NCBI GenBank assembly: GCA_963514005.1
Contig: OY740814.1
Span: 15,872,001-15,936,000 of the forward strand
Source: Raja brachyura
Lineage: Eukaryota
Length of the DNA: 64,000 nucleotides
Direction: 5' to 3'
The position numbers and the translations under genes were made by a program. Shown piece by piece: positions 38,175 through 52,490 of the stretch. Below the pieces are notes generated by a model. The model ran no database searches and was not told where the DNA came from. It saw only the letters and a list, made by a program, of their open reading frames with translations. Each line of letters starts with the position of its first letter. The first letter of the stretch is position 1.

Positions 38175-40220
38175 CTGGAAAGATTCATATAATTAGCACT
38201 TTGCACAATATGGCTTCTGACCGTTAAATCAATTTGTTGCTGCAAAGATAATTACACTAAGCTCTAGTTGTTCAGATGAGAAAATTCAAAATGCGAGCAG
38301 TTTTATGCATGGTAAATTAATTTACAACTATTACAAATAAATACTCTTTGCCGTTCCAACACTAAAAATCCACAATGCTACTTCCTTGATTAAATAGTGC
38401 TGAATTTATTTTTAAATAATCATTATTGAAATAGTTTTTAAGAGCTCCCCATAGCTAAATTAAACCCTCCGCCACATCTCCCTGAAAACATCGTCAGGCC
38501 AGTAACCAGTGTCTCTGTCCAATACATCTCCACACATAGGCATTTGTTGGGTCAATTTTGACAAAATGTCTGGAGATTTTCACTATCTTGTCTTCACAAT
38601 TTTGACATGCACATTGGATACAATTAAGTATGTCACGGAAACTAGCAAGATTGCCCAATTCCAACATGTGAAATGGCCCCATCAGCTTGATTGGGGTCAG
38701 GTAATTTGGTAAAGTCAGGAAATGTGGTTTGTAGCATGGTACAGATAACCACAGGGCAAATACAGTAAGCAATCGAGAGAACATATTGCATATTTTTTTG
38801 CTTCATGGAACCTTTCAACATTTTGCCATCTGATGCCACAATAGGAACCAACCTCAAAAGTTGCAAATAAATATATAAATGACTCAGAAGTGGATTTGAA
38901 AATGGCTAGGACCATGGCTCACAGATTCTTGACAAGGAATTGTGAAGCAGACATTCAACCAAGCACTGAAATCAGCAAACGGAATGCACCGCACAATGGA
39001 ACTCAACTATTGATGTCTACATGTGTGAAAGACAAAAACATGAGGCTAGGGGTGTATCAATGCTGGATTATCAATAATAAATCCAAGAGAGAATAGAAGA
39101 GAACCCTTTTAACCTAAAGTATGGTGAGAATATGTAACTCACAGGGAACAGTTGAATTAAACATCAGAGGTGCATTCAAGCAGTTGGCTAAATAAAACAA
39201 AGGAGAGTAGAATATCGACAGTGTAAGATGAATAGCTCAAGTCGAGCTTAAATCAATTAGGCAGAATGGTCTGTCGTACCCAAGTCAGGACCATATACGG
39301 CCTTCGATTAAAGAAGAGTTGGGTAGACATATATTCACCAGGCTTACAGGTGCAATATACTCTTCAGTATGACATTATTTATATGTCTTATCTGTAATAA
39401 AGGCTGCCCCTTTAAAGCTGTTTATGTTGTAATTACTTCCTTTCAGCTGCAAAACGACTAGCACTACTAAGATGCATAATTAATGGTTTATATTAAAATG
39501 GATATCTGGAAACCCACAATGTAAAAGCTGACAAGAAGTACATGTAAATATTAAATATGTTAATTGATGACAACAGTGAACAGTCAGAGGCAAATATTTA
39601 TTTTCTGGTATTGTTTAGATGATACATTTTAGAAGCGAATCCAAAGTACCTAAAAACGTTGAAGAGGTAAGATAAACCTATTACATTTGGTCACATTAGT
39701 TCATCAAAAAGCATGATAAACATGCCAACATGCTGTTTCTCTGAAAATGACACCCATGCTCCAGAGGAATATTCAAGAGGAATAGGCTCCACTAATAAGC
39801 ACTGTAGTGTCTATATTCAAACTGTATGTATAGTATGACCCCCATATTTCACATGTTTGGTGTTTCTACACATGTATGGTGCAGCATCAGTTGCATGGAA
39901 TGAAAGTTTTGTAAAAAAAGAAAGCGAGGAAGGAAAAAATGAGATAAGGGGGGAATCTACAATGATAAATACTCTGGCGTCTCCTATGTAAACATGCTTC
40001 ATGACGACCATCCGTGTATCGGGGTTTGATAAAAAAACTGTAGCACTGCTGAAAAGCAGCATAACTCTTGGTAATCTGAAGGCTTTTTAAGAAAAAATAA
40101 TGAACTAGTGTACTATGAACTAGTATACATACTATATATACAATCATAATATATTATGATCTTTTTCATTCAATAAACATGGCCCCTTTTATTATCAAAC
40201 TGAAAACTGTTCCACGTCAC

Positions 40221-40432
40221 GTCTGTGGAATTCTCTGCCTCAGAGGGCGTTGGAGGCCGGTTCTCTGGATACTTTCAAGAGAGAGGTAGATAGGGCTCTT
40301 AAAGATAGCGGAGTCAGGGGATATGGGGAGAAGGCAGGAATACTGATTGGGGATGATCAGCCTTGATCACATTGAATGGCGGTGCTGGCTTGAAGGGCCG
40401 AATGGCCTACTCCTGCACCTAAAACTTATTGT
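40221..40432 (+). mobile_element. CR1 3' tail
   Basis: ctgtggaattctctgcctcagagggc...gggccgaatggcctactcctgcacct. Confidence 0.8.
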
Positions 40433-41366
40433 CTAAAACTCAACGTTGATTATCACATATTTCAGATGTTAAATGAATATCCTGTAATAATGGAAAAGCT
40501 TTTGCATAACAGCAGTACAGCTTAATGAGTGCATTAGCATTGATTTACTTAGTTGGAAACCAGCCACCAGCTATACAGCTACAGCTGGAATAGATTTGCA
40601 TTTTGATAAAAAAAATATGAATACAATTTTCTTCCTTAAGTTTCAGATCGTCAGAGAAATAATCCTTCCAATTAGAAAAACAAATGAATGGAAAATAAAA
40701 TTTTGACTGGAATAATAACAGAAGATTCTGAGAATAGAGACACGAGAGACTGCAGATGCTGGAATCTTGAGCAGAAAACTGCTGGAAGAACTCAGTGGGT
40801 CAGGCAGCATCTATGGATGGAAATGGACAGACAAGGTTTTGGGTCGAGACCCCTCTTTAGACTCAATACTGGGAATACTTAGATCAAGGCACATCTGTAG
40901 AAAGAGAAACAGAGCTATTTTTTCAGGTTGAAGACCCTTTGGCTGAACTGGGAAGGAGACAAAAGAATGATTAAATTGAAGGGCAGGTGGGGGAGATGGA
41001 ATATCTCTAATAGATTCAAACCGGGGTGACCATGGGGGATAAACTGTGAACAAGGTTATCTGGTTAATGAGAGAATTGGAGCAGTTAGACCAGGGGTGGG
41101 GGACATTTTCATGTTGGAATGCCGCATTAAGTTAGTTGTAATCTAATAAGGCCACATCCAAGAAACTTCAATTAGATATACTTCAAAATGTACATTATTT
41201 TGTTAAAATAGCCCTCATGACTTACTAATGTTTTAATTGTGGCCGACAGTCGGGGAGGATTATTTCGTTGAATCTTCTTTTACTCTTTGGTATTTTAAAT
41301 ATGTTCATTTTAAGATTAAAATTAAAATAATAAAACAAACAAAAACACATTAATAAAAATAAAAGG

Positions 41367-41565
41367 TAGACAAAAATGCTGGAGAAACTCAGCGGGTGAG
41401 GCAGCATCTATGGAGCGAAGGAAATAGGCGACGTTTGGGGTCGAGACCCTTCTTCAGGTCCGAAACGTCGCCTATTTCCTTCGCTCCATAGATGCTGCCT
41501 CACCTGCTGAGTTCCTCCAGCAATTTTGTCTACCTTCAATTTTCCAGCATCTGCAGTTCCTTCTT
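41367..41565. mobile_element. Inverted-dimer Penelope terminal-repeat insert with hammerhead-like core
   Basis: About 70-bp inverted arms; 10-bp TSD aaataaaagg. Confidence 0.8.
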
Positions 41566-42986
41566 AAATAAAAGGATTTGTTCTACAAAATTTGGATTCA
41601 TTCAAAAGGCCGCACTTAATGGCCTAGAAGGCCGCAGGTTCCCCACCTCTGAGTTAGACAGTGAAAAATAGACAAAATATCATTGACAAAAGAACATAGG
41701 AGTCGCCTCACTATTTGTCCAGCATCAGAAATTCACACATTCTATTCTATCTGCAAATAACATGGCATGTGGAAAGTCATTTGGAAAGTTTATAAGGAAG
41801 CTTATTTACTGTAAATTCAGTTTCCTCTCTCTCCACACACTATCCATAGCTACAGCCCAACAGGTATTACCTCCAAGGAGAGGCAAGTTAGATTGTTTTC
41901 TCTGGACATGGGAAGCCATGGGGAGACTCGATAGAAAGTTTTATGATTGTGAGAGGCATAGATTGTGTGGGCAGTCAGAATCTCCAGAGTGGGAGGCACA
42001 AGAGGCGGAGGAGTTGCGCTACTAATCAGGGAGACTGTCAAGGCAGCACTCAGAGAGAACGTGCAGGTGGTTTTGTGTGCTGAGACGATATGGGTAGAGC
42101 TTAGAAATATCAAAGGTGCAAACAGTAGAATTGTACTACAGGCACCCTGGAATAACAAGCGGGACATAGAGGTCTGGGAAAAGGATTCTGCCTATCTATC
42201 CTATCTCTACCCGACATAATTTCATAAACCTCTATATAGTCATTCCTATTCTCCTCTGTTTTATTCAGAATAACCTCTTCCAATCTCTTATAACTGGAGC
42301 TCTGATGAATCTCTTTGCATTCGCTTCCCATTCTTCCACTGGGGAACTGACACAGAAGGGGAGTTTTGGTCAGCAGAGGTCATATTGATCGGCAGGGCTG
42401 GCTCGAGGGGCTGAGAAGTCTACTCCTACGTGTGTTACCTGATTTTGGAAAAACTACTGACATGTGCATGATAAAACCCAAAACAAATGTGCAGATGATG
42501 CAGTAAAAAAGATTACAAAAGAAAAATGTCTTAGTACTGAATACAGTATACTAACCAGCCAGCTATTCCTTTAGAGATGATCAAAGCAACAAACTAACTG
42601 GATGTTTTGGTATGCCTTTGTAATAAGAAATTATTCTAAAAAAATATACAAATACAACAGGGCATTTTAATACAACACTAAATCCAAATAATAACCCTGA
42701 AGGAAGGAAACTAAATACATTCTAAAAAAGTTCCTGTGAAATGCCTTGTAAAAAGAAAAAATCTGTAAAATTTCAAATCATAAAGTTTAGAGGGTGGATG
42801 TAAATCTTAGAACATCCTGCACGAGTACCTACACGAGTATTATAGGAAAGCAACATCACAAAGGAAGAAGGGTCTCAACCCGAAACATTACCCACTCCTT
42901 CTCTCCAGAGTCTACTTTCTACCTTCTCTCCAGAGATGCTGCCTGTCCCGCTGAGTTACTCCAGTTTTTTGCGTCTATCTTCACCA

Positions 42987-43145
42987 ATAGACAATAGGTG
43001 CAGGAGTAGGCCATTCGGCCCTTCGAGCCAGCACCGCCATTCAATGTGATCATGGCTGATCATCCCCTAATCAGTACCCCGTTCCTGCCTTCTCCCCATA
43101 TCCCCTGACTCCGCTATTTTTAAGAGCCCTATCTAGCTCTCTCTC
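42987..43145 (-). mobile_element. CR1 3' tail
   Basis: Reverse complement of the 40300-40430 tail. Confidence 0.8.
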
Positions 43146-43345
43146 TCACCACAAGGAAAGGGTCATTTTGTCCCTTCAATCTCAGCAGTTTTAGCAAGCT
43201 GTGTTCTTTCCCTGTTTAACCCAGATAGTGAGAGGGAACTTGTGACAGTAATTCATTCTCTGGTCTCTCCCATCACTCAGAAATCATTACATTTCCCTGA
43301 GCCGCAATTGGTTGCTACGGAGTATCATACATTTTTTAACTTTAC

Positions 43346-43464
43346 CTGCTACATGCAGGAGTTTCCACAGTAGGTATGGAGGAGGAATATAGATTTTCTA
43401 CAAGGTGAACAAATGTCACCATCTCTTTCTCTTCATCAGATAAATAATCCTGGAGGCTTTCCAC
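43346..43464 (-). CDS. SPG11: Spatacsin exon 13 equivalent, 119 nt
   Basis: tttag|GTG...CAG|gtaaag; VESLQDYLSDEEKEMVTFVHLVENLYS... Confidence 0.88.
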
Positions 43465-43802
43465 CTAAAAAGGAGAGGAATTCGTTAGGAAAAAAACCAA
43501 AACCATTTTATTCCAGTCATTACTCATTCTCTTACGCTTACAGTTGGCTCAAGCTATTTAAAGGCTTCTTGAATTACACAAAAAATGTTTCTGCTTTAAG
43601 ATGTTCAATCCTAGCCAGAATCCGAGAGAGAAAAAAGCGTGCTTGCTAACATTAATCCTCGGCTCGGTTTAACTAATTGTGATATCTGATTAATCTTTTC
43701 TAGTTTATAAACCTCAATCAAACCAGGCAAGCTTGATGAGTGCCCAATCTCCTCGCCTGTGTGCTTGTACCCCACCCTGCGTCCTTGTTACCCCACTGGC
43801 AG

Positions 43803-44500
43803 GACGGCACAGTGGAGCAGCTGGTAGAGCTGCTGCCTCATAGTGCCACAGACCCGTGTTCAATCCCAACCTCAGTTTGTCAGGTTTAGAGGTTAATTGG
43901 CCTCGATATAATTGCCCCATGTCTGTAGGAAATTGATTCAAAAATGAGATGACATAAAACTAATGGGAACAGTTGATCAATAGTCAGCATGGACTTGGTG
44001 GGCCGAAGGTGCTGTTTCCATGCTGTATCTTTAAACTACACAATATTCAACATCTATATGAGTCCTTATTCTTAATGTTTACATTTATTTCAAACTTGGT
44101 TAAGAAATGCCCAGTAGTTTCAACAAAACCTCCAAATATTTTGCACCTTCAATTTGAAACAGCATGAAAATTATACTTCATACAGAGTTAAATAAAAGCA
44201 CATTGGCGGAACAAGGGCAGCACAGTGGCACAGCAGTAGAGTTGCTGCCTCACAGTATCAGAGACCCAGGTTCATCCCTGTCTATGCGGAGTTTGTTTCT
44301 TCACCCTGTGACCACGTGAGTTTTCTCCGGGTGCTCTCCTTTCCTCCCACACTTCAAAGACATACAGGTTTGCCTTCTGTAAACTCAAAATTGTCTCTAA
44401 TGTGCAGGATAGTTCTAGTGTAGGGGGTGATAACTGGACGGTGCAGACCTGGAGGCCCAAAGGGCCCGTCTCCATGCTAAACCTCTCTAAAGTCTAAACT
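43803..44500 (+). mobile_element. Two adjacent HE1-like V-SINEs (about 43803-44037 and 44215-44500)
   Basis: Two ggcacagtgg..gtagag.tgctgcctca heads, each with a CR1-type tail. Confidence 0.8.
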
Positions 44501-45620
44501 CACTCTCTCTAAAGTCAGAAGGAGTAATCTTCCAGTAAGGTTGGATCACTGCTATCTGGAGTCAGCTTGGGTTCTATCCCCAAATTTATGTTTCATTCTT
44601 AACAGAGCAAAGTGGTTTCTAAAACAAACCTTACTGTACAAGATGCAAAGAACACGCTACACGATTCAATTCAGCCAAAAGGAGTTAGGTATCGGGGGAA
44701 ATCATGACTTCTCCTGTAATCATTCTATTTTAAAACCACTGCAGTGTAAACATCTTCAGTTCATTATCTAAATATTTTTAAAAGATATCATAAGGATCAG
44801 TTTAGACCGCAGCTTAGCCTCATGTTCATTTGGAGTGCTTCCAAAATCCCAGCTTCCTCTCCCCTAAAGCAACTATAAACTAATTATATAAATTGCTGAG
44901 CATTATAAAGCAGATGTCAATAAATGTACAGAGCACTGATGAAGTGGGAAGACTTTTGAAATGACCTTGGAAGAGCCAGACTCCTCATTAAGTCAACATC
45001 ATTCACACTTTATTTTTACTTTTTATTTACAACATAAATGAAGGATGTGCTAATGGGATGACTATCTCTTTCAAGCCGTTCCAAGAAGTCGTGATCTACT
45101 GGCAAAGAGGTTGACAGTATTTACAAGAGAGGTCAGACGCAGGTCACTGTTACTTGTATTGCAAGGTTTCAAGGTGTAAGGTCAGTTTATTGTCACACGT
45201 ACCAATTAAGGTACAGTCAAATTTGAGTTACCATACAGCCATACTATGTGAAAAGCAACAAGACACACAATCACATATAAGTTAACATAAATATCCTTCA
45301 CAGTGGATTCCACATTCCACATATTGGGCAATATTACTGAAAAAATGGAAACTGAACAGCCTGAGTCACTGGGTTGTTGGGTATTAACAAGAAAACATAT
45401 AAACGATAGCAATGTTAAAAAGGGACAATGATTATATATTTTAATCTGAGTTTTCCAAGAATCACTTTTAAATATATATATTTTAGAGTCTACATTCCTG
45501 ACAACCATAGGAAAATATTAGTTATCTTCTCTTTATTTTTTTCCTTGCAAACTAGGAGGAGCACTTACAGGAAATGCTTGACAAGTCTAACAGTTAATAA
45601 TACGTAACACTATATTTAAT

Positions 45621-46712
45621 TCAGTGGATAGAGAACTGGCTGGCAAACAGGAAGCAAAGAGTAGGAGTAAACAGGTCCTTTTCACAATGGCAGGCAGTGA
45701 CTAGTGGGGTACCGCAAGGCTCCCAGCTATTTACAATATACATTAATGATTGGATGAGGGAATTGAAGGCAATATCTCCAAGTTTGTGGATGACACTAAG
45801 CTGGGGGGCAGTGTTAGCTGTGAGGAGGATGCTAGGAGACTGCAAGGTGACTTGGATAGGCTGGGTGAGTGGGCAAATGTTTGGCAGATGCAGTATAATG
45901 TGGATAAATGTGAGGTTATCCACTTTGGTGGCAAAAACAGGAAAGCAGACTATTATCTAAATGGAGGCTGATTAGGAAAAGGGGGGATGCAGCACGACCT
46001 GGGTGTCATGGTACACCAGTCATTGAAAGTAGGCATGCAGGTGCAGCAGGCAGTGAAGAAAGCGATGGTATGTTAGCTTTCATAGCAAAAGGATATAGGA
46101 GCAGGGAGGTTCTACTTCAGTTGTATAGGGTCTTGGTGAGACCACACCTGGAGTATTGCGTACAGTTCTGGTCTCCAAATCTGAGGAAGGACATTATTAC
46201 CATAGAGGGAGTGCAGCGAAGGTTCACCAGACTGATTCCTGGGATGTCAGGACTGTCTTATGAAGAAAGACTGCATAGACTCGGTTTATACTCTCTAGAA
46301 TTTAGGAGATTGAGAGGGGATCTTATAGAAACTTACAAAATTCTTAAGGGGTTGGACAAGCTAGATGCAGGAAGATTGTTCCCGATGTTGGGGAGGTCCA
46401 GGACAAGGGGTCACAGCTTAAGGATAAGGGGGAAATCCTTTAGGACCGAGATCAGAAGGACTTTTTTCACACAGAGAGTGGTGGGTCTCTGGAACTCTCT
46501 GCCACAGAGGGTAGTTGAGGCCAGTTCATTGGTTATATTTAAGAGGGAGATAGATGTGGCCCTTGTAGCTAAGGGGATCAGAGGGTATGGAGAGAAGGAA
46601 GGTACGGGATACTGAGTTGGATGATCAGCCATGATCATATTGAATGGCGGTGCAGGCTCGAAAGGCCGAATGGCCTCCTCCTGCACCTAATTTCTATGTT
46701 TCTATGTTTCTA
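45621..46712 (+). mobile_element. CR1 LINE 3' portion with (TTTCTATG)n tail
   Basis: SGVPQGS, FVDDTKLGG, LVRPHLEYCVQFWSP, FFTQRVV; tail tttctatgtttctatgtttct. Confidence 0.93.
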
Positions 46713-47643
46713 ATTACAGTCCAGTTAAATCAGGCATGAAAAAGATTCAAAGGGGTGAAAGGTATCCGTGGATAGACAGGGAAGAGGAGATGAGACTGTA
46801 AATATTAAATGGTGGAGCAACTAGAGGGACCAAATGGCCTTCCATTGTATGCAAGTATTCTGAACCTGTCACGTGTGCCTGTAGAAGCAACAAGACAATG
46901 AGAGAAAGGAGACAAATAGAGCACTTCCTTGTTTGCATTCCATGCAGAATCGTGTACAGGTTGTCACACATCCTTCTCTTGGGCTTAAACAGGAATAAAT
47001 GGCTAACAAGGTGGAATCATATTGCCAACTGTACTGAACTGGGTCCGTGTACGAGTTTAGTTTAGTTCAATGTCACGTGTATCGAGATATAGTGAAAAGC
47101 TTTTGTTGCGTGCTAGCCAGACAACGGAAAGACAATACCCGATTACAATCGAGCCATTCACAATGTACAGATACATGATAAAGGGAAAAACGTGAATAAC
47201 ATTTAGTGCAAGATAAAGCCAGTAAAGTCCGATCAAAGATAGTCCAAGAGTCACCAATGAGGTAGATAGTAGTTCATGACTGCTTTCTAGTTGCGGTAGG
47301 ATGATTCAGTTGTCTGATAACAGCTGGGAAGAAACTGTCTCTGAACCTGTACATTTTTACACTTCTCCACCTTTTGCCTGATGGGACACGGAAGAAGAGG
47401 GATTGTCCAGGGTGCGACATCCTTGATTATGATGCTGGCTTTGCCAAGGCAGCGTGAGGTATAAATGGAGTGGCTTTGTTCAGCAATGCGAAGGGAACAT
47501 ATAAACTATGAGTCCTATCCCTGACGTTGCACACCGTAAGCTCACCGTTACAAATAAGACAGAAACTGTTGTATTCAACACGGTTAAATGGGATGTTCAT
47601 AAATGACCCTCTAACTATAACTCAGATAAATCAGATACCCTAC

Positions 47644-47715
47644 CAGGAAATCTCGAAGGTCTCGATCAGCTGTGTAAAAACAGATACGATGTAGTTCTTT
47701 CTTCACGTCAAATCC
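47644..47715 (-). CDS. SPG11: Spatacsin exon 12 equivalent, 72 nt
   Basis: tttag|GGA...CTG|gtagg; GFDVKKELHRICFYTADRDLRDFL. Confidence 0.92.
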
Positions 47716-48815
47716 CTAAAATTAAAGAGGTTAACGGGTTCCATTATTAAAAGCAGATCAAATCAATCCCCAAATACTTCTTTCCCCAGTCCAACTAACA
47801 TACTCCCATAATCCTATAATTTGCAGCTCACAAATCACATCTGCAGCAAATTATGATAAGCTGTCTTGTGTTTGTGTCTACGAAGAAATACTCAGGCTGT
47901 CTGGTGTACAGTAAGCAACTCCCTGTGGTGATTTGCAGAGAATGATATCTCAGGTTAATAGCTGGATTCTTTACTGTGTGTGACAACATTTATCTCAGCT
48001 GCCACCTGTGCAACCTGCAGTGCACAAGCCATCTGCTCAAAAGAGCTATAGCTTATTCAAAGAATGGGAAAGACAATGCAAATGCAAAATCACAGAAGAT
48101 AAAATGTGCCCTTCCTTAGCAAGAAATAAAATGACGTGCCTCTGTGTTATCACTGCAGCGGTCCAGGAAGAAAAGGCTTCAGAAATAAGAAAAAACAGTC
48201 GGGCATAATCTGAAATCGTCAATTTACATCAGGTGCGAGGGAAAGGAGAGGGTCAGAGTAATGTAATTGTTAGATTAGTGCATTGGCACCCAAAGTTCAG
48301 GATCAGTGGTCCAAAGGCATGAATGTTGACACCTGAGGAATTTAAATTTCAAGCCATTAAATAAAATCTGCCAATAAAACATGATAACCTCAGTGATCAT
48401 TACCCAAACTACTAGACTGTCGTGAAAACCCATCTAGTTCACTCAAGTCTTCAGTGAAGAAAATCCACCATCCAGAATCTAATGTGACTCCAGATCCACC
48501 ATTGCCTCCTCCATGAGAGGCAAATAGACATGGTAATTAATTGCCATTATTTCCAGGAATTCCAGCAAAGAAACAAATCAATGGAAAAGAAAAATATGCT
48601 AAAAACAAAAATGTATTCACTGGCTGGCTATCAAAGCTTTGCAAATGAGAACATACAAATTAACTGACGCAAGTTTCTTGACCACATTCGTCTGATAAAG
48701 AACATTAAATTATATAATGAATTCTACAATATTTATTTTCCAAACTATTTTTGTCAATGTATCATGCAACAGAACTGGGTTAACTTTATTTATTTTCCAG
48801 TACTTCTGTAATTAC

Positions 48816-48992
48816 CATGTTCCTTAGAAGTTTCTTAGCTTCCTGCAGGTCTTTTTTTAAGAGACAATCATAAGTCAGAGTTAAACCAGCTTGCATGAGT
48901 TCGTTCAAATTCTTTGTTGGTTTTTGTTGGGCTCGGAAATATCCCTGAGCTCGTGGAATCTGATTATTCAGTAGAGCGTCACGAATAATTTC
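48816..48992 (-). CDS. SPG11: Spatacsin exon 11 equivalent, 177 nt
   Basis: tacag|GAA...ATG|gtaat; EIIRDALLNNQIPRAQGYFR...EAKKLLRNM. Confidence 0.92.
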
Positions 48993-49796
48993 CTGTAAAA
49001 GGATAATACAAATTTTAAAATATTCTTATCGCAGATGAAATCCTAGACATTCCTATCATAATTTAACACACTTTAACCAGTTAAAATTAATTAATTCTTG
49101 CTGGGGAAAAAAAAATATACGCTTTGAAATTATTATTCGGGTTCAACCTGTGTGCAAAAGAAATTAAGGAGCAGGAGCAAGAGTCACATGGTCCCCTGAG
49201 CATGCTCTGCAATCAATACGATCACGGTTGAGCTGATCATAGCCTCAGCTCTAATTTCCCGCCAGTTTTCCATAACACTTGACTCTTCTAAAGTCCAACA
49301 AATTATCTCAGCCTTAAATATTTTCACTGATGCTGCCTCTATGGTTCTATGAGAGAAAGGAGAATCCTACCTCATCTGTGCTTTAAATATTGTGACACTA
49401 TTCCCTACAATACTGGACACTCTTGAGGAGAAATCTTTGCAATTACCCGAGCAAGCTGCTAGAAATCTTAAGTTCCTCCAATTTTTCTGAACTCCAATGA
49501 GTTAAGGCCCTGCCTGTTTAGCTTATCCGCATTACACAACTAGGAGATGTGGTCACTGAATATATTCAAGGCAGACATCAATGGATTTCCAGATATTAAA
49601 GGTATTCGAGGTCTATGGGTGAGCGTAGGAAGGTGATAGTTGCCTTCTTAATTATTTCATTCCAGTTGCCTTCTTAATTATTTGCTATGTCTGCCTACTA
49701 GCTTTCTATTTTGTGTACAAAGATTCAACATTCTGTACCTTTTCTTCACTTAAAATAATGTTTGCTGTTTTATTCATCATACCAAAATAGAAAAAT

Positions 49797-50070
49797 TGGT
49801 GATTGTGGAGAGGATGTTTCCACTAGATGGAGAGACTAGGACCAGGGACCATAGCCTCAGAATAAAAAGACGTACCATTAGAAAGGAGATGAGGAGGAAT
49901 TTATTTCGTCAGAGGATGGTGAATCTGTGGAATTCATTACCACAGACGGCTGTGGAGGCCAAGTCAATGAATATTTTTAAGGTGGCGATTGGCAGATTTG
50001 TGATCAGTAAGGGTGTCCGGGGTTATGGGGAGAAGGCGGGAGATTGGGATTGAGAGGGAAAGATAGATCA
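49797..50070 (+). mobile_element. CR1 3' fragment
   Basis: RMFPL..TRTRDHSLRI..QRMVNLWNSLP. Confidence 0.8.
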
Positions 50071-50077
50071 GATATGT

Positions 50078-50245
50078 TCAAGAAGGAACTGCAGATGCTG
50101 GAAAATCGAAGGTAGACAAAAATGCTGGAGAAACTCAGCGGGTGCGGCAGCATCTATGGAGCGAAGGAAATAGGCAACGTTTCGGGCCGAAACCCTTCTT
50201 CAGACTGATGTAGGGTTTCGGCCTATTTCCTTCGCTCCATAGAGC
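50078..50245. mobile_element. Penelope terminal-repeat insert, partial inverted arm
   Basis: Minus-strand core CTGAAGAAGGGTTTCGGCCCGAAACGTT. Confidence 0.72.
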
Positions 50246-50702
50246 TGCCCAATTGTTTTAAGTCCCCGTCTTTGCTCATGAACATACTTCTAATTATTGG
50301 GCTGCTTTTAGTATCTTCTACTTTGAAAAAAAGTTTCCAAATTTGTTTTGTTTTATTTCTCAAAATTATCACATTTACGTCAGTGACTCTCCATGTACAA
50401 GCTCTTGTTGGTGGTTTATATACGACTCATAAACTATTACCAGTTTTTCCCAGTTCCAACCTGAAACATTAACCAATTTGCTTTCCACAGATGCTCCCTA
50501 TCTGCCAAGTGTTTTCAGCATTTTCTGCCTCAGAACAAATTGTAAGGATATGTTGTCAGGGTGAGTTGCAGACAGGTGGGAGTAAGGAACAGAAATGTCC
50601 AATGTACACCAGCTGGACTGCATGGCCTGTTTATGTACTGTACACTTAGCAGTTAGTTTAAAACATATCCCAAGTTAACCAGTTACACATCTTTGTACTT
50701 AC

Positions 50703-50890
50703 ATTGGTACTGAGACTATTCCACTTTCCATAAACTGGATTAACGTCTGGTAAAGTATTTTCTTCATCCTCACACCCATCAGTGACGCTCTCCCTTGGTG
50801 GTTTATGCGGGTACTTCTTCATAAATTTACGGAGCTTGATAATATAACCAGTGAGATAGTCCACACATTTCTGCTTGTGCTCATCCAGTT
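50703..50890 (-). CDS. SPG11: Spatacsin exon 10 equivalent, 188 nt
   Basis: cttag|AA...AAT|gtaagt; ELDEHKQKCVDYLTGYIIKLRKFMKKYP...WNSLSTN; phases fit neighbours. Confidence 0.9.
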
Positions 50891-52490
50891 CTAAGATGTA
50901 CAAAGATGCTTATTGCAATGGGATAGGACAGTAATTTATAATAAATGCCAACGAAATGTCAACCAGAAAAAACACTTCATTCTAACTGGTATATTGCTGC
51001 TCCTTTATTGCTGGTGAGTTGTAATACTCAAATTCCCAATGCAACACTATCATGGGAGTACCATCACAGCTGGAAGTACCACTATCATGAGTACCATCAC
51101 AGCAAGAACTTTCTAAAGGAACTGCAACCAAATTATTGTTTTTGCAATCAAACAGATTAGTTTATTATGGTCATGTCTACCGAGATGCAATGAATATCTT
51201 GTTCTCTGTATTATCTAGTCATATCACACCATATTTCCATAGAATCATTAACAAGTAAAATAATGAAATGACTCCAAGCTGATCCTTTTCTGAAACAGCA
51301 CACAAATAATTTTTTGCAGAATGTATTTAATTTTTCCAGCAGTTCTGGTTTTGTAATATGAACAGCAGAATTCCCCAGTGGCTGCAGCTGAAATCCTTTG
51401 GATCTGCTTAAGGAATTTCAATTAACATAAAAATTGATAATATTTGAAATCTTCGTATACCAAAATAGAAAACTTCATCAAATATGACTGATAATACAGG
51501 AAAGGTCATTAAATGAGCAGTTAAGTGCAGGTTCACAGTTGAGAAATATGGGATGTTTGTAATAAGAAAAGTGAAATAAGAAATACCATGACAAAATTTG
51601 ATTCTTAATAGAAACTGGAGCTATTGGAAGCAGTGCACCTATAATGATAGCAGGATGTAGAATTCTCATGATTGGGAATTCTAGGATATGGAGTCCTGAA
51701 TCAAAAGACGTCTATTAATAATGGAGTAAAGAAGAACGATGACAGGAACATAAATGTAGCGATAAGGCAAACATGGCCATGGAGGGTTTTAAGCATAAGA
51801 ACAATGATGTTTAATTTTAGGCAAAGGGAGACCTGGGGCAAAACATGGAGCAGGATGGGACACATTTTGGAAGCAGAATTTTGGATGAACCACTATATCT
51901 GTATAAAGTGATAACAAAACTGACGAGGGATTATCTATTATACTGACAAACAAATAAAATTGCATGCAGGATTCTGAAATGAACATCAAAAAGCAGAAAT
52001 TATATTGTTGTTTAAAAGCAGATTATATATTCTGAAAAGGAATATACAAAGTGCGAGGAAAGTCAGAAAATGAAATTGGAGAAGAGGGCATTGCACTACT
52101 TATAATAAATGCTTCATTTTGTGATGTTTCAATGAGCCTATGAATTACAGTTTTACTAAGCAATAAGGAAATACTCAAAACAAAACATATATACGTAAAT
52201 ACATGTAAATATCCATCAGTAATTTGTAAAGCAGCGTATAAATAATTCCAATAAATCTAAACATTACTGAAAACCGAGGACCTTTAATCTTGCAGTGATG
52301 TTAAATGAGTCCTTTCCAACATATATTGGGAATGAGCTAAACCTCAGTTCGCTTGCTTGTAATATATGCTAAATTCAGTTGATCATTGAACGGTATAATT
52401 AATATTAAAACAAAATGGAATAGGCTTTTTATAAAGAAAGCTCAATTAATTGAGACTTCCTTGCATTTGTCAAATGCTGAGCACAAACAC

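Noticed and set aside
51043-51103. Short direct duplications (also 35147-35178, 10138-10180 and 508-566)
   Set aside because: Two- or three-copy slippage repeats with no spacer array; not CRISPR-like.
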